This document shows positions 63,434-64,000 of a DNA stretch of 64,000 nt, in pieces. The notes beneath the pieces were generated by a model. The model was not told the DNA's origin and did no database searches. It saw only the letters and a list, made by a program, of their open reading frames with translations. Location of the stretch: the NCBI GenBank assembly GCA_000146465.1, contig CP001942.1, one strand, 5' to 3'. Positions within the stretch are counted from its first letter, which is position 1. Each line of letters begins with the position of its first letter. The translations under genes and the position numbers were made by a program.

Positions 63434-63877
63434 ATGCCTTATGGCCAAGAAGACATTGGGATTCCAAGGGATGGCGAGGCTTTCATGAGATACCGAGAAA
63501 AAAGAATCCAAGAGCTAAGCGGAAATGTAGAGGACATCACATCCGAGAGGGAGTTGATAGAGAAGACCAAGTCACTGAAAATGATAGTCCATTTCTACAA
63601 GCCAGAGTTTGGCCGCTGCCAGACGATGGACAAGAGGGTAAGAGAGATAAAGAATTGCTTTCCAGAAATTAGATTCTATAGAGTAAATGCCGAGATATGT
63701 CCGGTTGTAACAAGAAAGCTTGAGATAAGAGTTTTGCCATTTCTGGGATTCTTCAAGGACGGATACTTTGTGGACCAGGTTGTTGGCTTTGAGAAGCTTG
63801 GAGATAATCTGGACCTGGAAGCTCTTAAGAAAAGGATTTCAGACAGCAACATATTTAAACCTATATCCAGCATATGA
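63434..63877 (+). CDS. Phosducin-like / thioredoxin-domain-containing protein 9 (Plp1-like).
   Basis: 147 aa. It has a thioredoxin-fold pattern without CxxC (MIVHFYKPEFGRCQTMDKRV...FYRVNAEICPVVTRKLEIRVLPFLGFFKDGYFVDQVVGFEKLG), typical of phosducin-like proteins. Confidence 0.6.
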   Translation: MPYGQEDIGIPRDGEAFMRYREKRIQELSGNVEDITSERELIEKTKSLKMIVHFYKPEFGRCQTMDKRVREIKNCFPEIRFYRVNAEICPVVTRKLEIRVLPFLGFFKDGYFVDQVVGFEKLGDNLDLEALKKRISDSNIFKPISSI

Positions 63878-64000
63878 TTAAATGGAATTTCTCCGAGATT
63901 TTTCTACAAAAGGGCGATGGAAACTATCCCCATCCGATGACATCTGAGCGTTGCAATCAGGATGTGCAATGCGACAGTGATTCTAAAAGGATAGAAGGTA

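Overview
This window looks like a gene-dense, apparently intron-free stretch from a microsporidian chromosome end. I identify it as Encephalitozoon-like from the SSU rRNA 5' end (CACCAGGTTGATTCTGCC...GACGGACGGCTCAGTGATAGTACGATG) and the overall rDNA architecture. The minus strand of the first ~3.8 kb carries a complete rDNA unit transcribed toward coordinate 1: a prokaryote-sized SSU (~1.29 kb), a very short ITS, and an LSU with a fused 5.8S-like 5' region and no ITS2, which ends almost exactly at the window start. A pyrimidine-rich spacer follows. Next comes a GC-rich block (~7.1-12.5 kb) with an M1 aminopeptidase and a compact one-carbon/thymidylate cluster (separate DHFR, TS and SHMT genes), an ABC half-transporter and a NAP/SET-like histone chaperone. 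At ~12.5 kb composition drops abruptly to AT-rich, and the rest of the window reads as a typical compact microsporidian chromosome core of ~50 protein-coding genes on both strands with intergenic spacers often under 100 bp. Recognisable core genes are listed under features, with one tRNA-Gly(UCC); further genes are hypothetical. There is nothing prokaryotic here (no CRISPR, defence islands or operons), and I recognise no transposons. The most noteworthy items are: the subtelomeric GC-rich folate cluster with its sharp compositional boundary; an internally deleted thioredoxin-reductase-like ORF lacking the NADPH domain and redox CxxC; an Arf-like ORF with all G motifs degenerate; several small signal-peptide-bearing acidic or Ser/Gly-rich ORFs (candidate spore-wall or surface proteins); a divergent homeobox-like ORF; and a few unusually long intergenic spacers that could hide ncRNA genes. 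Every functional call rests on remembered family motifs read from the translations; no database search was run.
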